Part shown: positions 9,112-17,600 of the stretch, one piece after another | How positions within the stretch are numbered: the stretch's first letter is position 1 | Layout: each line of letters opens with the position of its first letter | Source: a virus | Virus record (IMG/VR): IMGVR_UViG_3300029928_000198 | DNA: 64,000 nucleotides | Reading direction: 5' to 3' (one strand) | Position numbers and translations under genes: made by a program | Notes under the pieces: model-generated | What the model was told of the DNA's origin: nothing | The model's database searches: none | The model's input: the letters and a program-made list of their open reading frames with translations, nothing else

Positions 9112-11396
9112 CGGTTCCCACCTTCATAGTCGTCCAGTCTGGGCTGGCGTCTCTTCTTGGGTAGCCTTCCCTCCTGACGCGCTATATCGTACCGGTCGAT
9201 GGTTCCCATCAGCTCGCCCATCACTGGTACGGCAATGGAGTTGCCCGACTGGTGGTAGAGCTGGGAATCGGAGATTCCTGCATCCCTTGCGCGGTCGAAG
9301 GCCCAGTCCGGGAATCCCTGAAGCCTCCAAGTCTCGCGGGGGGTGAGCTTGCGTATGCGCATCCCGTCGTCCGAGATCTTGGTTATCGAGTTGCCCGAGG
9401 TCCCCGTTGTGCAGGTGGGGGCCAGACCGTCGGGGGAATAGACGCGCTTGATGGATTCGAAGCCCTTCATCCCATCGACTGTTCCGATCTGGCGGCATCT
9501 GTCGTAGACGAAGTTGTCCGTCTTCCTTGAGCCTGCTCTGGTGGTGACGGTGTTGGCGACCTCGTCGCGCTGCTTGGGCTTGAAGCGGAACCCGTTGCCG
9601 GACTCCTCCTCCTTCCTGTTGGATTCGTCCAGACCCTTCAGGCGTGCGTCGGATAGGAAGTACTTCTCCGGGACGTCGTTCTCCAGAATGTCCCCTAGGA
9701 CGGTGTTGGAGCCTGTTCCTACGGGAAGATCGGGGCAATCGTCGCCCAGATGCGAAATCATGTAGGCGCGTTTGCGGTTCTGGGGGGTTCCGAAGTCCTT
9801 GGCGTTGAGGGTCCCCCAGCGCGATGTGTATCCGAGGGAATCCAGATAGTCCACCCATGCCCCGAAGTCCTCCGCGTTCTGCTTCGAGAACACGGCGGGG
9901 ACGTTCTCCATGATGAGCCATTCGGGAAGGGTCCCTCTTGCTCTGGCATCGTCCAGCAGCCTTTCGACCTCCCATAGGAGGGACGAACGGCTGTCGGCCC
10001 CCTTGGCCATGCCCCTCTTCTTGGGATTGGCCCCGCTGAGGTCGGTGCAGTTGTGGACGATTATGCCTGCGGCCATGAAGGACGATGAGCCTTCGACCGT
10101 CAGGTCGTAGACGTCCTCCTCGTCCCCTTCGTCCTCGAATCTGAAAGGCGTCCATATCCATCCGTCCTCGTAGAACGGGCCGACCTTGGGCCTCCCGTCC
10201 TTCCTGAACTTGACGATGTACTGGACGTCGCCGTCCGTGCGGACACCGCCCACCGTCGATATTGACGCCGGGCAATGGTGGACGTACGCTATGAGCCTGA
10301 CCAGATCGTAGGCAAGCTCCCTGCTGGACGCCATCATCGTGACGCGCCCCTTCTCCATGCGGACCCCGTCGCCGTCTATGCATCCGTCCAGCAGGGCCTC
10401 GGCCAGATCGTGCGGAAGTCCCATGTACTTCTCTGGGATGCGCTTCTTCTTCGGCTTCGTCCCGAATTGGGAACAGAAGGCCTCCAGCTCCCTGCTCGAA
10501 ATGTAGACCTCTATGGCGGAGCCGTCCTTCTTCGCGGTGAATCTGGTATCGTAGAGCTTGGCGATGTCGCCCGCTTTGCCTTTTCCGAAGTGGAGCGATA
10601 CCCCTGCCGCTCCGCGTTTCTTCTCCGTACGGCCTCCGGCGATGTAGCGTCCGATGGTCCACCAGAACGACGGGTCGGTCATGCGCTCCGACAGATCGTT
10701 CCTGTGGCATGGGCGGATGGAATCGGCCCACGTGATGTCGATGCCGCCCCATTCGGGCATCGGCTTCTCCTCGGTCACTGGGAATCCGACGTAGCAGCTG
10801 TCGGCCGCCTTCTTCGCGCTTATCCACTCGGGCTTCCCGAATGCGCCCCTGAAATCATCGCCGTCCCAGTCCAGCGACCAGCGGCGGGCATAGACCTTGT
10901 GCTCGGGGGTGCATCTGAACACCTCCCCGCATCCGGCCTTGTACGAGCAAACCTGCTTCGTCCCCGTCCTGCGGGAAAGCAGGACCTTGTGCCATCTCCC
11001 GTCGTGGGAAAGGACGAAATCCCCGACCTCGACCTCGGATATGTTGACCAGACCCTTGGATGTGAGGACGGGCGTATCGGCGGCGAAGCACGGGAAGCTG
11101 TAGGTGAGGATGTCGGATTCGGGGACGCTTTCGATCTTTGTTATGTCGCCCAGATTCGGATTGTCCCCGTAGATGGCCTCGTACGATTTCGTGGCATACT
11201 TGTCTATCTCGGACGTGGCCACCACGTCGTGGGGTATCCCCTTCTCGATGAGGGACATCCTCTGCGCCCCGATTCCGGAGAAAAGCTCCGTGACTCTGAA
11301 CGGTTTGCCGTCCTTCGAATTCTTATTTGCGACCAGTCCGCGCGTGCGGCGTCTGGCCTCGGATGCACGAAGTGCTCTGTTCTTACTGGAGAACAA
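9108..11396 (-). CDS. C5-cytosine DNA methyltransferase interrupted by an intein
   Basis: ELFSGIG (motif I), YSFP|C (motif IV), IMENV (VI), QNRKR (VIII), RKLTPRETWRLQGFP (IX), SGNSI (X). Confidence 0.93.
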   Translation of the reverse strand: MFSSKNRALRASEARRRTRGLVANKNSKDGKPFRVTELFSGIGAQRMSLIEKGIPHDVVATSEIDKYATKSYEAIYGDNPNLGDITKIESVPESDILTYSFPCFAADTPVLTSKGLVNISEVEVGDFVLSHDGRWHKVLLSRRTGTKQVCSYKAGCGEVFRCTPEHKVYARRWSLDWDGDDFRGAFGKPEWISAKKAADSCYVGFPVTEEKPMPEWGGIDITWADSIRPCHRNDLSERMTDPSFWWTIGRYIAGGRTEKKRGAAGVSLHFGKGKAGDIAKLYDTRFTAKKDGSAIEVYISSRELEAFCSQFGTKPKKKRIPEKYMGLPHDLAEALLDGCIDGDGVRMEKGRVTMMASSRELAYDLVRLIAYVHHCPASISTVGGVRTDGDVQYIVKFRKDGRPKVGPFYEDGWIWTPFRFEDEGDEEDVYDLTVEGSSSFMAAGIIVHNCTDLSGANPKKRGMAKGADSRSSLLWEVERLLDDARARGTLPEWLIMENVPAVFSKQNAEDFGAWVDYLDSLGYTSRWGTLNAKDFGTPQNRKRAYMISHLGDDCPDLPVGTGSNTVLGDILENDVPEKYFLSDARLKGLDESNRKEEESGNGFRFKPKQRDEVANTVTTRAGSRKTDNFVYDRCRQIGTVDGMKGFESIKRVYSPDGLAPTCTTGTSGNSITKISDDGMRIRKLTPRETWRLQGFPDWAFDRARDAGISDSQLYHQSGNSIAVPVMGELMGTIDRYDIARQEGRLPKKRRQPRLDDYEGGNR
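10050..11090 (-). mobile_element. Intein (347 aa) with LAGLIDADG-type homing endonuclease
   Basis: Starts CFAADTPVLT, contains LLDGCIDGDG, ends VYDLTVEG..SF.A.GIIVHN; the +1 residue is the catalytic Cys (CTDLS). Confidence 0.92.
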
Positions 11397-11612
11397 GGGC
11401 GCACCTTCCGGCTGCAGGACCGGAAGATCTCAACCCGTTCGCACTCTCACGCTGTACTGGTATCAATGCAATTCCTTGCCTAGATAGCACGGTATGGCCC
11501 CCGTGCTCGGGCCAGCGGTCAAGTCCAAGCGTTTCCATGCGCTCTGCCGCATGGTTGTGTTTCGTGCTTCTGTCGGAAGTTCCCGACGGTTCCATTCCAT
11601 GGTTCTCGGGCG

Positions 11613-12002
11613 TCATTCCATGTAGCCCCAGCATCCTGGGACAAGCTCCTCCGTCCCGGGCGTGAACCATGTGTAGTTGGCAAGCAGCTCCCCCGCCCTC
11701 TGGGAAGCCAGAAGGACGGCCTCGGTGCGTCCTATCTCCGATCTGACGGTCTCGCTGTAGAGGCCGTACTGGCGCGAACGCGCGTCGGGGCATACCGTGT
11801 AGTCGAAGTAGTCCAGCACCGCGTAGACCCCGTGACAGTACATCGATTCGGGGTAGCGGAGCGCGACAACGGACCTTATGGCGCGTGTTCCGGGATCCTC
11901 ACCGATGACGTGGATCTCAAGAGGGATGCATCTGTCCGACTCTATCTCCTCGCGGATCCTGTCCGCAGGGTCGTAACGCCTCAGCTGCACCATTCCCATC
12001 AT
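11613..12002 (-). CDS. Hypothetical protein
   Basis: GGAG RBS, operon-coupled. Confidence 0.65.
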   Translation of the reverse strand: MMGMVQLRRYDPADRIREEIESDRCIPLEIHVIGEDPGTRAIRSVVALRYPESMYCHGVYAVLDYFDYTVCPDARSRQYGLYSETVRSEIGRTEAVLLASQRAGELLANYTWFTPGTEELVPGCWGYME

Positions 12003-12003
12003 A

Positions 12004-12744
12004 TCATCTCCTTGTCTGACGGACTCTGGACCAGAACGATGCCTTGACCGGCTGGCGGGCCTTCCTGTGACGCCCGCCCTCGTTCGTGACGCTGCATCCG
12101 CGGCCGTTCAGCCTGTCGCATACGGTGCACATGTACTGCTCATGGCATCTGGGGCATCTCCAAGCATAGCGCACCGGACTGTCCACTCTGGCATCGTCTG
12201 CCTCCACGTCGTACAGGTACTCGTTGCGGTCGCCGTCCCACGTGTCCTTCAGGTCGTCGAACTTCGAAACCGTCCAATCGACCGGCTCGTAGACGGCCAG
12301 CTGGTCGTCCATGTGCTGATGCGTCTTCCTCCAGCCCTGAAAGTTCTTCAGTTCGAGTTCCGACGCTATCTCGTCCATCATCGGCTCTATCTCGGAGGTT
12401 ATGTCCGACGGGTCGTCCACGTGGTACAGCGTATCGGCGGTCCCCGCATACGGCCCCGTATGGATGTCCAGATCGGTGACGCGGTACAGGCGGATGCCGT
12501 TGTCCCTGCACGAGGCGTACTTCCTCATCTCCTGCTCCGCATCCCCTCCGTGGAACCTGCTTCCGTCGTACTCGATGCCTATCCTCGAAGCGGGAAGGTA
12601 GACGTCCATCTCCATCCTGCTGTCCCCGAACGGTCTGGCGTCACGAACTATGGGCTGGCCCCGAAGCATCGAATCGGGCTTTCCGTCCATCATGTCCAGA
12701 TAGTACATGATCTGCTTCTGGGGACGGGTGTTCGCGGAGGCCAT
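12004..12744 (-). CDS. Vsr/DUF559-like PD-(D/E)xK nuclease domain plus C-terminal Zn-ribbon
   Basis: EMDVYLPASRIGIEYDGSRFH...RKY..C...GIRLYRV; WRCPRCH...DRLNGRGC; basic tail. Confidence 0.65.
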   Translation of the reverse strand: MASANTRPQKQIMYYLDMMDGKPDSMLRGQPIVRDARPFGDSRMEMDVYLPASRIGIEYDGSRFHGGDAEQEMRKYASCRDNGIRLYRVTDLDIHTGPYAGTADTLYHVDDPSDITSEIEPMMDEIASELELKNFQGWRKTHQHMDDQLAVYEPVDWTVSKFDDLKDTWDGDRNEYLYDVEADDARVDSPVRYAWRCPRCHEQYMCTVCDRLNGRGCSVTNEGGRHRKARQPVKASFWSRVRQTRR

Positions 12745-12748
12745 GACA

Positions 12749-13243
12749 TCACCAGTACCTGCTGCATATGGCTTCGAGGCGGGAAGCCAGCTCGTCGGCC
12801 CTCGGGTCCGATGCTTCGGCCAGAGCCTTCAGCTCCTGCGAACCTCCGAACGAGGTTATGTCGCTGACGAGGTCCCCGTAGAATTCCACCAGCTCCGAGC
12901 TGAACGGGCCGTTCCCGCGATTCAGCCATTTCATGTAGCGCATGTAGTCGTCCAACCAGCCGCATAGCTCCGGGTCGCCTGCGGTCCATCTCAGCTCGGG
13001 ATAGAGGAATCTGGCCATGACGCCGATGTTCTCCACCGGCATGCCGGAGTAGTCCACCAGCTCGTAGGGGCCGTTGGTCACGTCGTCCGCGTAATCCGCC
13101 GGGCTTATTCCGTCGGCAATCCTGAACTTGGTGCCGCATCTGGTGCATATCGTGTTGTAGACCCTGTCCTTGTAGGGCGCGATGTCGGTGCTTCCGCAGC
13201 ACGGACAGAAGAATCCGGACCTGATCGCTCTGGAACGCATCAT
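12749..13243 (-). CDS. Zn-finger acidic hypothetical protein
   Basis: MMRSRAIRSG then CPCC..CTRC. Confidence 0.7.
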   Translation of the reverse strand: MMRSRAIRSGFFCPCCGSTDIAPYKDRVYNTICTRCGTKFRIADGISPADYADDVTNGPYELVDYSGMPVENIGVMARFLYPELRWTAGDPELCGWLDDYMRYMKWLNRGNGPFSSELVEFYGDLVSDITSFGGSQELKALAEASDPRADELASRLEAICSRYW

Positions 13244-13743
13244 GATCTGGCCTTCCTGTTCCTCTGGCCCCTCTTCGGTACATCCACTATGAATCCGTAC
13301 TTGGGCGGCTCGTCCTGCAACCACGTCAGCACATAGACCGCCTCGGACCACACCTGCTCGAAAAGGCCTTTGTCGGACAGTCCATCGACCATGTAGGGGT
13401 CCAGATACTCTCTGGCCTGTCTTCTGACCGATTGAGCATCGACGCGATAATCGTTGATTCCGCAGGGCTTGCCTTCCATGTCAACGACTTCCAGATCGAT
13501 CCATTCGCAACCATAGGCCCTACGTTCGCGTACGTCGATGTGATGGAATGCAAGCTGTTTGTTGAACCATTCCAGCTCGATCATGAACGGTTCGAGGTGC
13601 TCCCGCTTCATCAACAGAAGGTCTTCTTGAACCTGAAATATATCCGGGTCGGGACCGTAGTAATCCTCGTTCTGGAAAGCGTACTCCTCAGCTTCGAGGT
13701 ATCCCAACAGATCGAACCTGCATGTTGGAAAATCGCTGGGCAT
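13240..13743 (-). CDS. Acidic hypothetical protein with basic C-terminal tag
   Basis: Ends PKRGQRNRKARS. Confidence 0.7.
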   Translation of the reverse strand: MPSDFPTCRFDLLGYLEAEEYAFQNEDYYGPDPDIFQVQEDLLLMKREHLEPFMIELEWFNKQLAFHHIDVRERRAYGCEWIDLEVVDMEGKPCGINDYRVDAQSVRRQAREYLDPYMVDGLSDKGLFEQVWSEAVYVLTWLQDEPPKYGFIVDVPKRGQRNRKARS

Positions 13744-14161
13744 GCCATCGCCTCCTGCGACCGGCCTTCCTTCCCCTGCTGGCCACCGGTCCCTTCAGGG
13801 CCTTGATGTCGCCTACGCCCGCGTTGTCCAGAACCAGAGGTCCGGCGACGTGCTTGGCCAGAGCCGTGAGCGAAGGCTCGTAGGTGCCGCCCACCCAGAG
13901 TCCGATGGCGGGGTTGTATCCGCGCCCGTAGACGTACTCCCCGTATCCGTTGACGGCCACGACGCTGACTCCGTAGGTCGGGTCGTCGTAGACCTGTAGG
14001 ATGTGGGAACCGTCGGAGGCCGTTTCGGCGTAACGCTGGGCCGAGTACAGGTCCATCGGGGTGTCGAACTTCCCTCCGCACGAGCTGCACTGCATGCGTC
14101 CGGGTCCGAAGCTGCACGACCTTATCCCGGCCCTGCAATAGACGCACTTGTCGGTCACCAT
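13688..14161 (-). CDS. Zn-finger hypothetical protein
   Basis: CVYC..CSSC; YVYGRGYN...GLWVGGTY; basic C-terminus. Confidence 0.65.
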   Translation of the reverse strand: MVTDKCVYCRAGIRSCSFGPGRMQCSSCGGKFDTPMDLYSAQRYAETASDGSHILQVYDDPTYGVSVVAVNGYGEYVYGRGYNPAIGLWVGGTYEPSLTALAKHVAGPLVLDNAGVGDIKALKGPVASRGRKAGRRRRWHAQRFSNMQVRSVGIPRS

Positions 14162-14601
14162 CGGAAATCAGACCTCCCAATGATCTTGGATATGCCCCTG
14201 TTCTGATTGGCCTTGGCCTTCCTTCCGAGGGACACCAGCACGTTCCTCCTCTGAGCGTAGGTGTCGGGGTTGCCGTACCTCCATTCGCCGTTCGGAAGCT
14301 GGACGATGTAGCCCAGATCCTGAAGGTACTGATACGCCGCTCCCATCGCCCTGTCGGCCACGATCGGGTTGCTCTGAACCTCAAGCAGGTATCTGTCATC
14401 TCTGTCGCGGTCGTTGAAGATGTACTGGTTCCAGTCAATCTCCACATCGCCTGCTTTCAGCCAGACATCCACCCAGAGGTTGGGAAGACCTCCGCTCTGG
14501 TCAACCACCAGCACGGAGAATCCGTCACCGGGTTCTCCATCCATTTTCACTCCAGCAGGATTGTAACGCTGGACATCGTTCTCATCTAACATTTCGATCA
14601 T
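14155..14601 (-). CDS. Acidic hypothetical protein with basic C-terminal tag
   Basis: DVEIDWNQYIF motif; ends LGRKAKANQNRG. Confidence 0.7.
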   Translation of the reverse strand: MIEMLDENDVQRYNPAGVKMDGEPGDGFSVLVVDQSGGLPNLWVDVWLKAGDVEIDWNQYIFNDRDRDDRYLLEVQSNPIVADRAMGAAYQYLQDLGYIVQLPNGEWRYGNPDTYAQRRNVLVSLGRKAKANQNRGISKIIGRSDFRW

Positions 14602-14652
14602 CCTTTATGATAAGGGGGCCAGCAGGCCCCCGTTCGGTCAAGTTCCGCTCTA

Positions 14653-15024
14653 TCACCTGTAGAGGATGAAGTCGGTGTCCGGCATCACCCAGTCGCCAGC
14701 CCTGCGCTCCTTCTGGACGCGCATCTCGAACTGTCTTCTGGCCTCGTTGTTGGGAATCTGGTAGTCGCCCCTGCTGAGGGTCGCACCCCTTCCGGATTCG
14801 CCCGGGTGGTGGCTCCAATCCATCAGTATCCAAGTGGCGTACTGGTTCTGGTCCCATACGGAGTATGGATTGACTCCGAGGACGACGTACTCGACGCCGT
14901 ACATCTCGGGGTCCTGTCCGATCATCTCCATGGCGACCAGATCGTAGTTGGACTTGGCCAGCAGCCTTTTGGCCATCATCTCGGGGGACGCGCCGGACCT
15001 GACGTTGCGACTGAACATCGACAT
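14653..15024 (-). CDS. Hypothetical protein with N-terminal SRNVR tag
   Basis: GAGGAGGTG RBS; MSMFSRNVRSG. Confidence 0.75.
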   Translation of the reverse strand: MSMFSRNVRSGASPEMMAKRLLAKSNYDLVAMEMIGQDPEMYGVEYVVLGVNPYSVWDQNQYATWILMDWSHHPGESGRGATLSRGDYQIPNNEARRQFEMRVQKERRAGDWVMPDTDFILYR

Positions 15025-15025
15025 C

Positions 15026-15466
15026 TCAGCACCTCCTCTTGGCGGTCTGCTTGGTGCAGGCCTTCCTGCCGGCGGTCTGCTTCCTGTTGTTCTGCCTGCT
15101 GGGCGCGGATGCGGGCTTCGGCTTGGCTCTGGCCTGCGACTCCTTGATGGACAGATAGAGGTCCATCCCGTCTCTGGCCATGATGCGACAGTACTTGTCG
15201 AAATAGTCGGGGTCGTTGACGATGCCCTGCGTCTCCTTCAGGTACTTCTGGATGTCCTCATTGTAGACCAGAACGCCTCCTCCGCGCACCCAGTCGTAGA
15301 TCGCATCGTAGGGGGTGCGGATGCTGCCCCCCATCATGCAGTCGATCTGATCGACGAACGCATCCTCAGGCGTCATGCCCTTTCCGTAGTCGGCGAACTC
15401 CGCCAGAATGGCGGACCTGTTGGCCTTCTTGGCGTCGGCCAAGGAAACCTTCCTCATCGCTGGCAT
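15026..15466 (-). CDS. Hypothetical protein with basic tails
   Basis: Start moved to MPAMRKV after AGGAGG; ends SRQNNRKQTAGRKACTKQTAKRRC. Confidence 0.7.
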   Translation of the reverse strand: MPAMRKVSLADAKKANRSAILAEFADYGKGMTPEDAFVDQIDCMMGGSIRTPYDAIYDWVRGGGVLVYNEDIQKYLKETQGIVNDPDYFDKYCRIMARDGMDLYLSIKESQARAKPKPASAPSRQNNRKQTAGRKACTKQTAKRRC

Positions 15467-16161
15467 CGGTAAGGCCTCCTTCCGGTGAGCTTGTCCCAAC
15501 CCACTCTGGAGTTGGACTTGGCCTTCTTGGCCATGTTCTTCAGCTTCGCGCGACGGATGGAATAGACGTCCACCTTGGGATGGTCGATGGTCTGCTCCAG
15601 CTCGATTCCGGCCTTCGGAAGATCGTACCTGTAGGTGGACATCCCGATTCCCCTCTCGAAATGAGGGGGTGTTCCAGCCCCGTTGCGCTGGATGACGGAG
15701 AATTGCCTTCCATCCTCCATCTGGTCGTACATGGCCTTCCTGAACTCGGGGGACCTGTCCAGTGCAGTGGCAACAGCGGTGGACTGCTTGTCGTAGCCGC
15801 ACCCCGTAGTCCTCGGACCCTCCACGCGACGGTAGCATCTGTTGCCGTTGGAATCCCTGTAGCGGTAGTCGAATGTGGCCTGCGCCTGATCGCCCATATT
15901 GCTTTTTTCCCAATCTACAACGATGGTCCCGTCCTCGAAGTCGCCTGCCTCCTCAACGGAACGGAGGTCATCGAGCCTGCGCTCGTATTCCCTTCCGGCC
16001 GCGTCGATGTATCCGCGCTGGGTGGCATACCTCTTCCCCTCGACGTAGCGGTCTTCGCTGTAGGGGACGCCCACGGTGTTCCTGTAGGCGTCGTCGCGCA
16101 TGCGCTCGTAGCGTCTGGTGTTCCGATTATAGACGAGATATTCCCTTCTCACGGGAATCAC
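15454..16161 (-). CDS. Hypothetical protein
   Basis: GTG start at overlap; GCGYDKQSTAVA motif; basic C-terminus KAKSNSR. Confidence 0.7.
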   Translation of the reverse strand: MIPVRREYLVYNRNTRRYERMRDDAYRNTVGVPYSEDRYVEGKRYATQRGYIDAAGREYERRLDDLRSVEEAGDFEDGTIVVDWEKSNMGDQAQATFDYRYRDSNGNRCYRRVEGPRTTGCGYDKQSTAVATALDRSPEFRKAMYDQMEDGRQFSVIQRNGAGTPPHFERGIGMSTYRYDLPKAGIELEQTIDHPKVDVYSIRRAKLKNMAKKAKSNSRVGWDKLTGRRPYRCQR

Positions 16162-17498
16162 CTCTTGGAACCCTTCTTGGCTGAGGATTTGCCCTTCCTG
16201 TTGGACGATACCTGAAGCGTGGACTGCTTCGTGGTCTTGGGCGCGGCCTTCTTGGGTGCAGCCTTCGGCTGAGCATTCTTGGCGGGGGCCTTGGAACTGG
16301 TCTTCTTGGGCGCGGATTTGGCCTTGGGGGCGTTCTTAGCCTGAGCCTTGGGCTTGGAATTGGACTTGGACTTGGGCTTGGATGCGCTCTGGCCGTTCGT
16401 CTTCTTCTTGGGCCTAGACTTTGCCTTGATCTTCTCGACTTCATCCCTGCGGTAGGTGACAGGGGTGTTATCGGGCGCGTCGATGCCCTGAATGTCGTAC
16501 TGGTGCGGAGCCTCTATCCAAGGCTTGGCCTGATAGGGCGTGGGCGATGCGGGGATGACCCTCATTGCCACCCTGTGCTCGTCCGCGATCCTAGCTCTCG
16601 GATGCCTTGCGTCGTTGATCTGCTGGAGGTAGGTCTTGGAAACGAATCCGTTGGGGGTCGTCTTGACGAGATACGCCCTTCCCTGACTGTCCTTCATGGT
16701 GACATGCTGGGCAATTTCCGCCTTCGACGGAGGACGCGCGGGGCGGTAGTTCAGATAGACGGGTTCCTCCGGAGCGACGTTCCTGCTCCTGTAGACGGTG
16801 GGAACGGCGGTCTTGGGCGCGTCGATGCCTACGATGTCTCCGCATCCGGGATTCTTTATCCATGCGCCGGCCTGCTTGGGTGTGAGCCTTGCGGGATAGA
16901 CCCTCTTGGAGGTACCTCTGGCATCGATGGCGATCGCTCCGGGAGGCCTTCCATTCTGAACAGCCACGAGGTAGTCCTTCTTGACGTAGCCGTTCTTGGT
17001 GGTGGGTACGGGCATGGACCTGCTCCCCTGAGGGTAGTAGCCGTATCTGGTCTTGGCCGACATGGATCTTGCCGGACCCATGTTGAGGGACCTTCCAGCG
17101 GGCATGGCGGCGGGCCTGTTCATGGATGCCTGTCTGGCCTTCAGCTCCTCGGACTTCATCTTGCGGTTGGCGGATGCCACCTTCGCCTCGTAGGTCTGGG
17201 GTCCGCAGGCGGGACCGCTGCACGCAGGCGCAAGGTTCTTCAGAGATACCCTGACGTCCTTGTAGTCGGCCCTGTCCAGAATGTCTCTGGCCTCCTTGAG
17301 CCTCTTCTGCTGCTTGGCCTCGGCCTCGTATCTAGCGGCCTGCTCAGCAGCCTTGGCGGCCTTCTGGGCCTCCTTCCTTCTCCTTTTCTCTTCCTTCGCA
17401 CGCATCTTGTTGATCTGAGCTTCGCTCAGACCTGCTGTTCCGCCGTAGACCTGAGCGTTGTTCAGCACGGGGATGTCGTTGTAGTTCTGATACACCAT
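16158..17498 (-). CDS. Very basic protein with two internal repeats and a histone-H1-like Lys/Ala/Pro tail (candidate nucleoprotein)
   Basis: Two NG(Y/F)V.K.YL...PA..TP.QA..WI..P...DI.GIDAP repeats; tail PKAKSAPKKTSSKAPAKNAQPKAAPKKAAPK. Confidence 0.75.
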   Translation of the reverse strand: MVYQNYNDIPVLNNAQVYGGTAGLSEAQINKMRAKEEKRRRKEAQKAAKAAEQAARYEAEAKQQKRLKEARDILDRADYKDVRVSLKNLAPACSGPACGPQTYEAKVASANRKMKSEELKARQASMNRPAAMPAGRSLNMGPARSMSAKTRYGYYPQGSRSMPVPTTKNGYVKKDYLVAVQNGRPPGAIAIDARGTSKRVYPARLTPKQAGAWIKNPGCGDIVGIDAPKTAVPTVYRSRNVAPEEPVYLNYRPARPPSKAEIAQHVTMKDSQGRAYLVKTTPNGFVSKTYLQQINDARHPRARIADEHRVAMRVIPASPTPYQAKPWIEAPHQYDIQGIDAPDNTPVTYRRDEVEKIKAKSRPKKKTNGQSASKPKSKSNSKPKAQAKNAPKAKSAPKKTSSKAPAKNAQPKAAPKKAAPKTTKQSTLQVSSNRKGKSSAKKGSKR

Positions 17499-17600
17499 AT
17501 CTCTCAACTACCTGTTCCGTCACAATCTGGCCCTTGTGACCGGGCATGTAGTCAAGTCCGAACGAGGCCGGAACGGAGGAATCGATGCAATGTCTCGAAA

